A stretch of DNA of 64,000 nucleotides. It comes from Vezdaea acicularis. Taxonomy: Eukaryota. A model generated the notes under the pieces. It was not told the DNA's origin and searched no databases. It saw only the letters and a list, made by a program, of their open reading frames with translations. Below are positions 49,678-62,800 of the stretch, in pieces. Location: the NCBI GenBank assembly GCA_026025075.1, contig JAPEUI010000044.1, positions 1 through 64,000 of the forward strand, given 5' to 3'. How positions within the stretch are numbered: the first letter of the stretch is position 1; each line of letters begins with the position of its first letter. Both the position numbers and the translations under genes were made by a program.

Positions 49678-51831
49678 CTAAGCTTTCCGCATCCTAAAAA
49701 TCCGCAATGCGGCTACTCCCGAGCAAACGGCCCCAATGGCCAAACATACTGCGGTCCCGCTCAGACCACCCAGGACCTTCTTGACCTCTCCGCCTCCTAA
49801 TTCCGGACTCTTCCCTGGCTCGAGGATGGAGAAGGCGACCATGCTGATAAAGGTACCAAGGAATTGCGGGATAGTGCAGAAGATATTGAGGATGCCGAGG
49901 TAGATCCCGGCTACTTCGCTAGGGGGAGAGTACGGCTCGTCTGTGGGTTGAAGGTAGGGTTCATAGTCATCGTGCGGCGACGGATTGCGAGAGGCGTGGT
50001 GAGAGGAGTGGTTGGACGAGGTATGGTTTTGCGTGGTGAGCTCCATTGTCGGCCGGCTATCATCAATGGAGAGGCGCGTGTAAGCGTGTCGTGCGGAGGT
50101 GGTGGAAGAGAGTGTGTTGATCTCAACGCCCATGATAGCTAGCGGCGCCCAGCCAGTCATGGCCCACGGTATGCCACAGAGCGTAATTATTGAAGTGGCG
50201 AAGCGGAAGGAGTGCGAGAAGGGTGCTAGAATCAGAGAGGCGGAAAAGAGGATTTGGGAGAGGCCCCACGCGGTCGTTAGATTGGGGAGGTACTTTGTGA
50301 GGGTGTCATTATTGACGCTTAAGAGGCGTTTACGAGAGGCGGGGCTGGAGTCGTGGGTTGGTGAGTCGACAATCATGGGGAGGACGATGGATCCAATGAA
50401 GGACATCAGGGTGAAAAGAACGAGAGCGGAGGAGCCTTTGCGTGCAATATCACCGAGGACGTCAGAGGACTTGGTGAGTTCGGCAGCGGTTTGAGCGGAT
50501 TGGCGATAGTATGTCTCGCCGACCCAGGTTGATCCATAGACTGGTAGATTAGATTGGGCCTTGTTCAGTGATATGAGTGCCTGAATAGCTTACAGAAGAA
50601 TGGAGACCATCCTTCTCAGAGTTAGCCCTGAAATACTACTTTGCGTATTAAATTGATGACACTGACCGATCCACGCCCAGAAACTAATCCAACATACGTC
50701 TGCTATCCTTGTCGGAAGATGCCGAGCCTTTTCAAAGATCGTGGAGAACACTCCCCATATCCCCAGATTGGCCTCGTTATCCCTGAGAACTAGTCAGCGC
50801 GGGGTGGCTGAAACGTTTGGAGAAGCTTGTTCTGACTTCGTGGACACAAAAACCTTCTCCTTTACGGAGTAACACGTGAACCCGACACATGACAGTAACA
50901 TGGTTGGCGTGATTATGCACAGCTGCTGAAATTGTGTACCTCCAAGAGATTTCCCAAAAACTTTTGATAGATCAAACGTGCTTGTAGCATATCCCATGAA
51001 ATGACCTGCCCCAGACATCCTAGCAGCTTCTTCGACTTAACATCTGGTTGCAGAGAGGCCGAGGAGGAACACTTACCCCATGCTGAGCCGAGATGCTGCT
51101 GCGATGTGGACAGAGTATCCACGATGAGGCTGCGGCAACATGATTGTACTTGAAGGTAGTGATATTAGTCATCGTCATTTTATGATCGCTGTTGGTGTTT
51201 ACATACCAATGTTGATAGAGAAATCGACTGCATAGATGCAGAATACTGCAAGAGCAACTGTGACTTTCTCTGCCTGCGAAAAAAACCAGAGTTGAGACTC
51301 GTCACAAAGAATTAAGCTTTATGGCGTGCTTATGGCGGCTGACCTTGGGCTTATCATCTATGAAAGCGTTGACTAGCTCTGGTGCCCATCCGAGAGTGAG
51401 GAGGCATAGCGCAACCAAGGTTGAGCCCGCAAGCATGTACGGCCTCCTCCGACCCCATCGAAACTTCGAAGAGTCCGACACGACCCCAACAATAGGTTGC
51501 ACTATCAAACCGGATAGTGGGGCGGCGACCCAGACGAGGGAGGTCTGATTTTTGGCCAGGCCAAGTTGCAGCAGGTATGGGGTGAAATCTGATGGCAAGT
51601 ATCAATCACCAAGTCACACTAGCACAAGATGAAGAGGGAATGGCCTGACAAGTCGTCTCTACGGCCCACGTGAACCTGCTCCATTGATAAGCAAACGGTG
51701 TGTGCAACCAGAGAGGAGAGGGATGGCCCCTACTGCAAACCAATCAGACTGAAGGTCAACACCATCATCCGCCATGATTGCGTGAAACCTTTGATAGCCG
51801 GCCCTTCTCTAAGCGTTGGGTCGACGGCCAT
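49678..51831 (-). CDS. Sucrose/general alpha-glucoside permease (GPH/SLC45-Sut1 family MFS), many introns
   Basis: FTPYLLQLGL, VWVAAPLSGLIVQPIVGVVSD, WGRRRPY, FWAWIGWSPF, TWVGE, GIYLGILNIFCTIPQF. Confidence 0.88.
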
Positions 51832-53413
51832 GGTTACCGCGAGAAATGGGGGAGCAAGCCAGGAAGGTGGCGATTTGGGACGGCTACATTCGCCCTTGGT
51901 TGATTCACAGCATCGACCTTCTATCAACTCCACGTTTCGAGCTGCAGCTAAATGATCCCCATCGCAAGGAGCCGCGAAAAGGGTCTGTGCTTACCTCAGC
52001 AGGCGACGGGAACTGGCTCTCTCGACCACATGCGGCCAGCTGGCTGAAATCAAGGGGGACCTCGCCAAAACCCCCAATTCCAGCCGAGTGGTAAATGGCG
52101 TGGACGTGACATCATCGGCCGGGACGCCAAGGCTCAGGACAGGCCGGGGTCCTGATTCGGCCCAGACTTCACTACCGAACCGCCTTGTTTTCAACCCCTC
52201 GATTATTCTACAGCCGCGTAGACAAGGAAGCTTACACCGCAGCTGCCAGGTTTTTGATGGACGGCAGCTGTAAAAGCCGGGATGATGAAATGATTCACGA
52301 ATCCCGACAGGGGCAGATATGCTTCGTAACGCAGCGGTGGTCTCATGCATGCGAGCCTGAATGAGGGGATTGATGTGATGAGGGAGGAGGAATGCGCCTG
52401 GTGATTCGCCCTTTGGTGGAACGCCTTTGCATGCTGGAGGGAGATCATTCGAATGTTCCATATGCACGATCTCGCCGATGCCTCGATTTTGTGCGTACGT
52501 CACTTCGCTGACTGTGGCTCATGCACTAATGGAGTCCCTTCTCCCCACACCTCCAGGGACAACAAAGCGCTCCGACTGCCAACCGAGACTCGTATAACGA
52601 GGGCGATAGCAACAGTCAACGCAATACAGAGTTTGCCAACACAGCCTAGATGCTGCAGTGCTTCCAATGCGGACATCTGATAGCGCCGTATGCAGTGCTC
52701 GAAAACTTTGATGTCCCATCGGCCCTATTTCAATGGCATCATGATGGCGTACCGGACTGTTGGGAGCGGGTGAGGCGCAGGAAATTTCCTGACGTTTCTA
52801 GAGATTTCAAAACATCCCCCGCCCTCCGGAGATCAGCCCCCGTCGCGCGCGTCCAGCCACGTTAGCCCAACAGGGTTAAGCTTCCTAAGATAGACCCTTC
52901 GAGCATTCTCTTTCGCTGTCGCCCTCCGGGTCTTTTTCTTCAGTTTCGACCATTGACGTCTTGTTTTCGTGACACGCCGGCGACGCACTTGCCGTGAGCA
53001 TGGCACTTCTTACTCCACCGGCAACCCTATCGGCACATTCCACCAATGATTGGTGGAACGTATCATACCGTCTCACCTACCCTGTCCGCGCTCGTTCTTG
53101 TTATCAAACACTTTCCTCTGTGAAACCCTGGATGATACCGGTATGACGCAAAGGTAAGGTGTGGCTTGAAATTAGGTGATCGACGCCCAATCGTGGCGTT
53201 CCGTGCTGTTCCCAGCTCAGGGAGCTTTGATATGACTTCATCCGATTATTACTTAAAGTTGTGCATATCCCGATCAAATCTTCTCTACATCCTACACACT
53301 CCTACACACTCCTCCATCAGACTGATTGATAAAGGAAACCCCAACTATCAAAAACTTCCCGCATAGAACTCCTTGAGTGCTACTTGGTGCCAAACAACAC
53401 CAATATACATACA

Positions 53414-54299
53414 ATGGACACTCAACCCACAGTACAGATAGTGGTTGCCCACTACAACGAGGATTTATCATGGCTCGAGCCCGTGAAAGACTCGTGCATC
53501 GTCTATTCTAAAGGCGGCGCGAAGAATGCCCCTACGGATTATCCGTATATCTCGCTTCCCAACATTGGCCGCGAAGGTCACACCTACCTTCATCATATCG
53601 TCAAGAGATATCACCAGCTTGCCGATGTCACCATCTTCCTTCAAGGTCGCATTGACGATCATGTCAATCTCAGCCCAGCTGAAATTAAAGAACGTGCTCT
53701 CTCGACCCGACCGGGTGAGGTTGTAACCTTCCCGTTTCGTGAACTAGAGCTTTTTGACCTCTGGGATGGTATTCCATGGGAAAAGTATCCATGCTGGGAG
53801 AAATGGGCCAATATGGACTGCAAGAAGATGCCTAAGTCACCTGCTCAATATTTCCGTCAGTACTTCGGCAACGGTAAAGTGCCCGAGTCAATTGGCTTCC
53901 AGCCAGGTGCCATCTTTGCTGTGCACAAAGAAACTATCCAGCAACATTCACGCCTCTTTTACCGAAGCCTTCTCCAAGAACTCTTCCTTGGCGACATGGC
54001 CCACGTTAACCCAGAGACTGGTCACTATATGGAGCGATTCTGGCTTGCAATGTGGAACCCTAGCGAATATGTCTGCTGGAACAGCGAGGATGATCTTGCA
54101 ATGACCAAGCGGAACTCTCTGAATCAACTAGCGAAAGGCCATTGGCACAGAACTCCGAGAGGTGTGAAGGTCGATGCTAGCACCATCTATATGTCAAAAC
54201 AATCGTAAGCCAGCCCTACATCTTAATCCCCGCATCACAGCGACTAACCAGATGGGTGCATCCAGAAGCAGCGATTACCTTTCAAGCGAGAGCGATTGA
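53414..54299 (+). CDS. DUF3431-family protein without N-terminal anchor; probable short 3' exon
   Basis: VVAHYNEDLSWL, LPNIGREGHTYLHHIVKRY..LADVTIFLQG, GAIFAV, GHYMERFW. Possible intron 54205-54265 (GTAAGC...CTAAC...CAG) adds SSDYLSSESD*; the unspliced stop is at 54208. Confidence 0.8.
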
Positions 54300-55410
54300 T
54301 CATGCCGAGGCGATGGAATGACTTGGTAATACCGGTGTTAACAGCGTTTGTGGTTTTGCATTGTTTTGTACATTATAGCATGGAAGGGAATACTCACTCG
54401 GATGGGCTTGGTGGTAGTATATGATGGAGTGACGATAGCATTAGCTTAGGAATGATCATACCCCATGTGTTGCAAATAGCAACCAATATCTTTGAATAAA
54501 CTTCATATTCCATCCATTCGTGAGTCGCTTGAATATATGCCTAGAGGTAGCCGTGTTCCAAAAAAGTCGATCAGCACCTGTTCCTGGCCGAGCAATTCAG
54601 CCAAACAGGGCGCAAAGAAAACGTTCTGAAATAACAATGGATTTCTCGATGATAGTGTAGTATTTAGCGAATGGACTCTTATTGCGAGTGAGAATTGTGG
54701 CCTTGAATAGATGACGGATTGTCGCGAACGAGCCACGGAGGGAAGTCCGAATAAGGAATTTGAGGTCGGTCTCGGCCAATCGGCGAAACCAAAGCTCACG
54801 CAGCTAGCCCAGCATTTCTCAGCCTCGTCTGTGTGCCAAGAAAGTCACGATGTTTGTGGACGGCCTTTGCCGAGATCACGTGCAGGAATCCTTGTCCAAA
54901 AGGGATTAGTGTCTCGGAGCTACGGTATACGGGCTATGCCGATGGTGCGTACGTCTAGCCGAATCGAGTGGACCCTGTGGGAATGCACAATCACGACAGG
55001 ATTCGGGCTCGAAATCTTTTCAAACGCCGGAATTCCATCGTTCAAGGTGAACTCATTGTTTAGCCTGAAAATGGTTCGAAAAGCCAATGGCTTGCGAGAA
55101 GTCACTCGCCAGTATGGCTCCGATGGCTGCCGGATCCCATGTTGGTCGTTCCCGCATTTTGGCACTCGGTCGGGTCGGAGCACGGCTTCTGCTGCGATCA
55201 GCTCTCCCGCCCACCTTTTTCCCCCTCGTTCCTGACGTCGGCCGTGTGCCCTGCTCCCAATTCCCGCAGTGGTTGCTCCAACCTCCCCCTACCTTCCTTC
55301 CACTTTCCCTCTCACACATACAACCCCATCATCGATCGCCATAGCCCGCCGAATTTCTGCGCCTTCGCAAGATTCTGAAGAGAATATAATTCCCACATAT
55401 CTCTATCACA

Positions 55411-56105
55411 ATGTCAACTCGTAAAAGGAAGGCTGAAGATGAAGAGGAGTTGCAAGCTCTTCCCAGTGACGAAAGTAAGCGCTCCTTTTCCTGCAGTTCT
55501 GCGCGGGTGTAAGCTAAATGCGCCATCCACAGGTGAAGAAGAAGAAGAGTACGTGACGTCTTCGACTCAACCTTTGGATACGAACCGCCTTTAATAAGAT
55601 GAGGCTTCTTTCGGTATTGCGAGGCTAATGGCGCACTTTACGCGCAGATACGAAGAATCAGACCTGTCTGGTTCTGGAGAGGAAGAAGTGAGTGAGGAAG
55701 AGGATGCCTCAGACGCGGCCTCTGAAGTCGAAGCTGGTAAGTGCTATAAAGCTATCCCAGCCACTTGAAGTGACCCGATATTGTCATTTTCCGATGATCT
55801 TCCCTGCGTCGTCTTCTATTACCTCAATATTTCTGTACTGACTCTATGAAAATTAAGCCCCTCCACCGAAAAAGCGCACCAAAACCGATGCAACTGTTCC
55901 CGAGATTGTACCGGATGAGGAAGAGGAGGAGGCCGAACCTTCAGGTTCTGAGGTTGAGCCCGAAGCTGAAGAGTCCGCTCCAGAGAGCGACGAGGAAGCC
56001 GAGAAGCCCGCAAAAGCCAAGGCTGCCGATTTGAAGAAGCGCACTGCCGTGCCTGCTCCTAAGGAAGCCGAAGTCGAAGCAGGCAGTGATGCTGAGGACG
56101 ATTGA
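55411..56105 (+). CDS. Small, highly acidic protein with NLS-like basic motifs, 4 exons (absent from the ORF track)
   Basis: MSTRKRKAEDEEELQALPSDE/SEEEEE/YEESDLSGSGEEEVSEEEDASDAASEVEA/APPPKKRTKT...AGSDAEDD*. Introns ~55475-55532, ~55549-55647 and ~55737-55857 keep frame. Confidence 0.8.
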
Positions 56106-56766
56106 GCCACTGCTCTGTATGAGATTTAAAAGTTGGCGGAATTAGATCATGCTTTTCGAATTATGGGTGGAGGACCGTAGCAACTAAAATATAGTGTTAG
56201 ACATTTTGGAAATTTATACACTACGCAAACTACCTATCCTCAATTGCTGGAGATGACCTCGGCATCAGAGATGCGTTGACCAAGAAATTTTAAAACTGTA
56301 TTTCGACCCTTGCGCGAAGGTAATACGATGAAGATTCGAAGGAGGTCAAACCAGCTACCATAAGGAACAAACGTTTAGCGCCAAACAAATGGAATTTGGG
56401 GAGAAATGCCAAGGATTTTGAATTGAGCAGACAAAAAGTTGTCCTATCAGATTTGTTGCCAGCATTCAGAGCTCAACTAGCGAAACTCATTCCTACATCT
56501 CTCCGCCCCTTCATCCCTGAATACACGCGGTTCTGCAAAGGTATAGCCTTCTTGACTTTTAAGTCTCAAGCGCAGTAAAGTACAAGATCGCTGCAACGCT
56601 CCCAGCCGATATAATGGGAATCTAAATCTACAGATAGACCCATTTTGTATGATGCCAATTCAAAGATTACCTTAGCACAGGGGCTATGAATATAATCATT
56701 TGGGGTCGCCGGACAGAGACAGGACATCTCATGCCTTTCTACTTTCCTCCAGCCACAGTCGCTTTC

Positions 56767-59416
56767 CTAGCCATCACTTCCGTTACTCCGAAAAGCAGCG
56801 CAGAGTTGCGCATAGTGATGAGTCAGGTCCAAAACCGGCTGAGGTAGACTTGTCGATTGGATGATACTTCGGACCTTGACCGCTCCATCTTCCTCAATTA
56901 GCTTCCGGATTGTGAATAGCAACGATGGCGAAAACTGGACTAGGTTAGCAAACTTAGTATTCCTTGGTTGGGTTATATCGCTTACTTCCGAGTACCAGCG
57001 ATACTGCCAAGCTATGAGCCTTATAAGCGCCCCTAGCAATGCTCTACCATCCCCATTTCCTTCGATTACGCCCATTATGCCCCTCATTGCCTTTGGAGAG
57101 AACCTCATCGACAGACAACTCTGCCATGCTTCTGCGGCTTCTTCTTTATGTTTTAGCCGTTCCGCTAACGAGCCAAGGATTTCCCACTCCTCTGCGGATT
57201 TCTCATACGTCATACCCTGTTGTTTGTATTGTGTGAGTTCTGTCCGCCAGATGGTATAGACACGAAGATCTTCATAGAGAACCATGAAGAGGTTATCTAA
57301 CCAACGTTCACATAACCTTTTATGCCGGAATTGGGTATACTGGGTATGAGATGGATCCGGCTATTTACAATCAGCAAAGAGAGTGTAGAGGAAGTCGGGA
57401 TATACTTGCATCTTCACTTCCGCTTTTGACCTCTTGGGAGGAGACAGTGTGCTCGGGCTTCTCAACGGCATCATCAGGGGATAAAGTCATGCTCTTTTCA
57501 CGCTTTTCATCCTTTACCACGTCGCTAGCGGTATCACCCCGTTCATCTCCTTCAGAAGCACTCAATCCATTAGGATCCTCGTCTTCGTTCAACGCTGAAT
57601 CTGCATCTGCTGCAGCTGGGGCATCTCCGTTTTCAACCGGATTGGGGCTGGGCACCCGCAGTGCTGTCGTACTTGCGTTCCGACTATGTGCCTGCTGTGA
57701 TCCTTGCTTTTCGCTTCTGTATTCCTCCTCCATAACAAATACACGGCTTCTGATCTTAAGGAGCTGATCCCAGCCAATCTTTTCAGTGATTTCCGTCAGT
57801 AAGCTGTACGCTTTGAGAAACGTGCCACGATAGTTGGCTGCTGGCAACTTTCGAAGCGTAAGATGAACGATGTCCATCTCACCGGCCGAATCATCATTAA
57901 TCTCATCCAGTAAACTTTCAGGCAATACTGGTAAAGATACCCTGGCAGGTTCAGGCATTCGAGGACCGTCTTTGTCCTGGTATGTGAACATTGGGCATGA
58001 ATTAAGGGTTAGTAATGCGAGCTCCCATTCTTCAGCGTGCACGTATATTTCTGCAAGTCTTGCCCATGTGCCAAATTCACTTGGAGCTGCAATCACGCCT
58101 CGCTTTGCACACTCAAGAGCTAGCTCACCTCGACCTTTGCTTTGCAAGAACGAGGCTTGTACGTCTAAAAGCGAGTAGTCCATAGGAAGCTCTTGAACTG
58201 TTTCATGTAGAAGAGATACTGCTCGTACTTCTTCATCAGCCGCAATCAAGATCCGCGCAAGCAGAGATGAGACCTCAACATCGCGAGTTCTAAGCTTCTC
58301 AAAAAGGTTAATTCCTGAAGTATAGCGCCCGGTTGTGTTGATATAATGCAAAAGCCCAGATGTGAGGTGATTCGAGACATTATTTGGTACTTGAACTTCA
58401 GGCTCAGAGCCCAACTGCCAACCTACACGATATTTAGCGCCGATACTAGAACATGCAAGCTGCATCTGGCTACCTTTGAAAAACAAGCGTTCCGCCGCAT
58501 CTAGGAACTTGTGCTCGGATTCAGTATTTTGTATCGGATTGAACCTTCGCATGCCTATTATCTTCTTAATCATATCACCGCTTCCGTCATCAGCATAAGA
58601 ATAAGCCCTAAGAATTGCGCAGAGGTAGGTTTCCAGCCACAATGCTTCGGTGGCAACTCTTTTATCGCCGCGTTCGTCGATGCAATAGCTTTCGACTGTG
58701 CCAGGAATATTCACTTGTACTCTCATGTCAACACGAGAGAAGGCATTGTAGCAGCTGTGTTCGTCAGCTCCATCAATAAGCTATGCCGAAGGATACTCAG
58801 TAGCATACCAGTAGAGGCCCGATACAACCCTGTTCGATTTCTCTGTGGGCGAGTATATTACCGTATTGACGTAGGCCGCCAAGCTCGCCGAAGACGATGC
58901 GTCGATGCCCGTGACATGATGATAGCCCCCTATCTGGAAGTTTGCAGAAGATCAGCCGTCGTTCGGGGAGATTGAGATGAAGCGTACGTGGCGTAGTAGC
59001 ATCCGAGAGTTCTTGAGATACTCACTGGTTTTGAGGGGGATTTTGACGATTGCTTCACCAGGTGAACCAAGTCTGGGGGGCCAAGCTCTCGCAGTGTCTG
59101 TAGAGCTTCTGTTCGAGCATCAATGGCAGAATGAAGCTCTTCCTCGATTATTCTACGACACCTCACATCAGTATGACCATCTTAAGAAAAACACGGCCGA
59201 ATCTGTCCCCAACACAAATATCGTAGCATGCGTATCAGCAGAGCAAAGAATATGGATAACAATTTGGGCTCTATTTCTGTAGTCTACCCAGGAATCCACG
59301 CGAAGAAGCTGCTACGAAGCCAGCTCATGTGTGCGCATTTCTACTCCCGTTGCTGATAAACGTAGCCAAGAAGTTGGAGGAAGATATACTCACTCTGGAA
59401 TTGTTGGTTGGACCAT
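56767..59416 (-). CDS. BUD7: Exomer ChAPs subunit (Bud7/Bch1/Chs6 family), multi-exon
   Basis: LRELGPPDLVHL, HHVTGIDASSSASLAAY, CCYNAFSRVDMRV, LLTLNSCPMF, IGWDQLLKIRSRVFVMEEEY, KRLCERWLDNLFMVLYEDLR. Confidence 0.92.
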
Positions 59417-59829
59417 CGTGGAGAAGCTTGAGACCAAAGCTTTAGCAACAGTGGACGTAAGTGGATATGTGCTTCCGCCCTCTTGATTTATCTCGTGGCA
59501 AGAGTTGTGGGGAGATCATCTGCATTCCGAAAGCGACTCGCCATAAGGTTGGTCTAGATCTATGGGTTAGAGGCAAAGTTGTCAGGGGTTGGGTTCCAGC
59601 TTTTATGGTGTTATAGAACCTTGAGGTTTGCGAATTTACGCGAAGATGCAGTCGGACCCAGCGCGTTATAAGTTACTTCAAGCTCCAGAACACGAAACAA
59701 TCGCAACTACCTTCGTCTAGCACATGAGAGAATCTTGCGCAATTTTGTACAAACAACTTCCCACACCTTCCAGGCTTCGTAAGAGCATATGGAACGCACT
59801 GTGCTTCTCTCTAAAGGAGGGAGACGGTC

Positions 59830-62800
59830 ATGGTTGGTAGTAACTCCTACTTCGATGTTCTCAAGCTGATTTGGATAAATCAGTCAACCTTTCAAGCATT
59901 TAATGTCTACCCTGACGAGGATAGCGAAGACGAAATAGACAACACGAAAGAGCTTCAGGTAGTTTCCTTCCTTGATAAACTACCTACGCCCAAGATCGCT
60001 AATTATACTTTGTATCGGCGCATTGAAGATCGAAGAGGCTTTAAAGCTATACCAGGCTGCGCTCAAGTTGCATGCGCAAGGACCAAAGTACATACAAGAG
60101 ACATTCCGGGCGTACAAGGCACTCTTCAGCTCTGAAGTTTTCCGGTATCCTGAAGCCCTATCCGAGTGGAGCCAAGATGAACGATATGGAACCACTGTCA
60201 TATACGAGAGCGACGAGGAAGATGACCTTACAGTTGATGCGCTAACCGCAAGGGGCGCCGGAGATAGTGCGCCCAGCACTTTACCCCAAATAGTGTACCT
60301 CTCTTACAAAAACCACGGACAGTTCATGCTCGATTACATAAAGCATTACGTGGTTATTGAGTTGGCAAAAGCGAAGAACCAAGGCACGCCGTCACCAATA
60401 CCTGAGAACTATATGCATGCCACCGCTCTGACCGCTCTCAACTATTTTGCGGAGGCCCTTGCAAAAGACGAGTCGGACTCGGAGCTCTGGAGGAAAACGG
60501 CACGGGTCGCAAATGCCTTGGGAAGTCACAAAGTGGAGAGATTCTGTCTTGAAACGGTTCTTGATCAAGACGAGGAGGGCGTGGAGGGGCGACACGAGTC
60601 ATTGGGCCTTGAGGAAGGATTCGCGGGCGAAGATTTGAAAGCTGTAAGAATAGTATCACTTTGCAGAGTTCGTTTACTGACTTATCAAAGCTTCTTGATA
60701 CCCTCTCTGATGACCTTTCCAAACTCCAGCCCCTGAACGTAGGGTTGGGTTCTAGAAAGCTGGCTTCATTTCTCCAAAGCTTTCGAGATCCTTACCCTTT
60801 CCTTCCATCGTCTGGTCCAATATCCGAAGAGCTCTCCCTTTCTAAATCAAGTAGCTCCCCACCCAAACGCTATGAGCTCACGAGTGCAGCTCGAACTTGG
60901 GCTGCTTTTGGGAAAACAATACTACAATCACTTTTAGCTGATCAACATGGCATAATCAAGATTGATGCAGGCTCCGCTGTATCGATTTTGTTACCTGGTG
61001 GTGATGGTGAGAGCGATAAAGGGTCGATTCCTGAAGCTTCGCTATCAGACGCAGAGGATGATGCCAACACACAGATTCAAAAAGAGGCAAATGCTATGAA
61101 GGAGGTAGGACCTCTGGTTACCAAGGAACTTTCCTCACGACCCGAGTCTCCTGTAGCTGAAAGATTCAAGCTAGATGAAGATTGTCAGCCCAAAGAAAAG
61201 CCACCTATCGTTGGCGCCGAGGATCCGAAATCCTCTGGCACTGGTACATCGAGGTCTAATTCCCCCAGAAAGAGGAGCTCCTCTTCTGCTGGGTTAGAAG
61301 AGCCAGCAGATGGTGGTCGAATCAGGAGCAAACGTATTCGAGCTCGTGAATCCAATGCTGATGCTGGGTCTACTGGGGAAGGAGCCGATGCATCCGAAGC
61401 GCAGCAGTTCAGTGAATTTCTCGAGAATATGGAGTCGGCCGACAAGGGCTTGTTCGATTGCGCACAGAGTCTTATGTCCAGATTCAGCATCAACGCTCTA
61501 GGGTCGTTCGAAGAACTTACAAAAGCTCGACAGTCCACTGAAACCTCCGTATCTGATAGCAACGAGAATGAGCGAATCCCAAGGGGGCGGCAGGATATTG
61601 CTGTGTACGATCTCCGGATGCTACTTGAGAGTTGGGAAAATAGTAAGAGTGTCATTGCCCTTTACAGCGAAGGCACCGATGAGATTACGAGTTCTATCAA
61701 CGGATTATCAAGTACGCGGAACGCAGGCTTGACTGCATTTCTCGAGCATTCGAAAGCTGCCGGCCGCAAGATGTCGACTAAGCCAGCTCTTTCAAATGAG
61801 GAAGATTTAGCGAAGTTCAGTCGAAGGATCAACAAAGGCTGGGTTCACATAAAGTCCGCTGCTTTGGGATGGGTTGATAGCCTACTACGAGGCTCATCGA
61901 AGGGAATTGCAAAAGGGATTATAGAAGCTGGTGGTAACTCTAGCTACTTACAGTACGACTGGCCAGAATCGCTGAAAGAGACCGTCGTGCAGATGTGTGT
62001 GGCACTAGACGATGACATCTTTAGCCGACTGCAAGATGAATCTGATGAGCTTATTGAGCGACTTCTGATGGTAAGATTGCCTTCGGAAAAGGTACATGAA
62101 AACGAGCTTGCAATGGTCGATATGGCTGAAACAATTTTCGAGCTCCACCTCGATATATACGCAAGCATCACGAATCCTAGCAGTGAAGTTGATGAAGGGA
62201 CTCGACTGACCCAGAGAGATCGGGTTTGTCGATGGTCAGGTCTTGTCAGTGACCTTATGAATATTCTAGCATCGATTTCTTCTAAAAGTCACATTCTCCT
62301 CCTACGATACCAATGGGCAATGGTTCTCTTTGCGGGTTTCACCGAAGGTGTCTCACGTGAGCATAAATTGATGCTCACAGCCAGCATTAAAGCGGAGCTT
62401 GAGGCCGCTGGTAGCCCGACAATCATCTTACAAAACAACGCATTGATGCCAGAGATATCCGTTGGCGCTGCGGAACGAGAGTCTTCAAGGCTCACGACAA
62501 TGGACTTTTTTCTTGGTATCTTTCAAGCTGACAAAGGCGATCCGGTCAAAGTCATCGAAACGTTAGAAATTGTACTAGACCGCCCGAAAGCGGATCAGTT
62601 TCAATCCGATATTACAGATGATGTGAAGAGCGATAAAAAAAGCGGGCGAGAGGGAGTTGCGCAAGACTCTCAGCAAGAGGAGCAGTCAACACCAATTGAG
62701 CAGATGTCTCACTTCCTCGAGAAAGGCAGTGCCTCCCTTCGATTGTTCCTCTGGCAGAGATTACGAAGCGCTTATGAGCTGATCAAATACCCCACAAAGG

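Noticed and set aside
51991..53366. Short ORFs between the permease and the DUF3431 gene
   Set aside because: No motifs, codon bias or consistent splice structure; likely promoter/UTR sequence.
59153..59393. ncRNA or stwintron in the long first BUD7 intron
   Set aside because: No convincing stems, box motifs or nested splice signals were seen.
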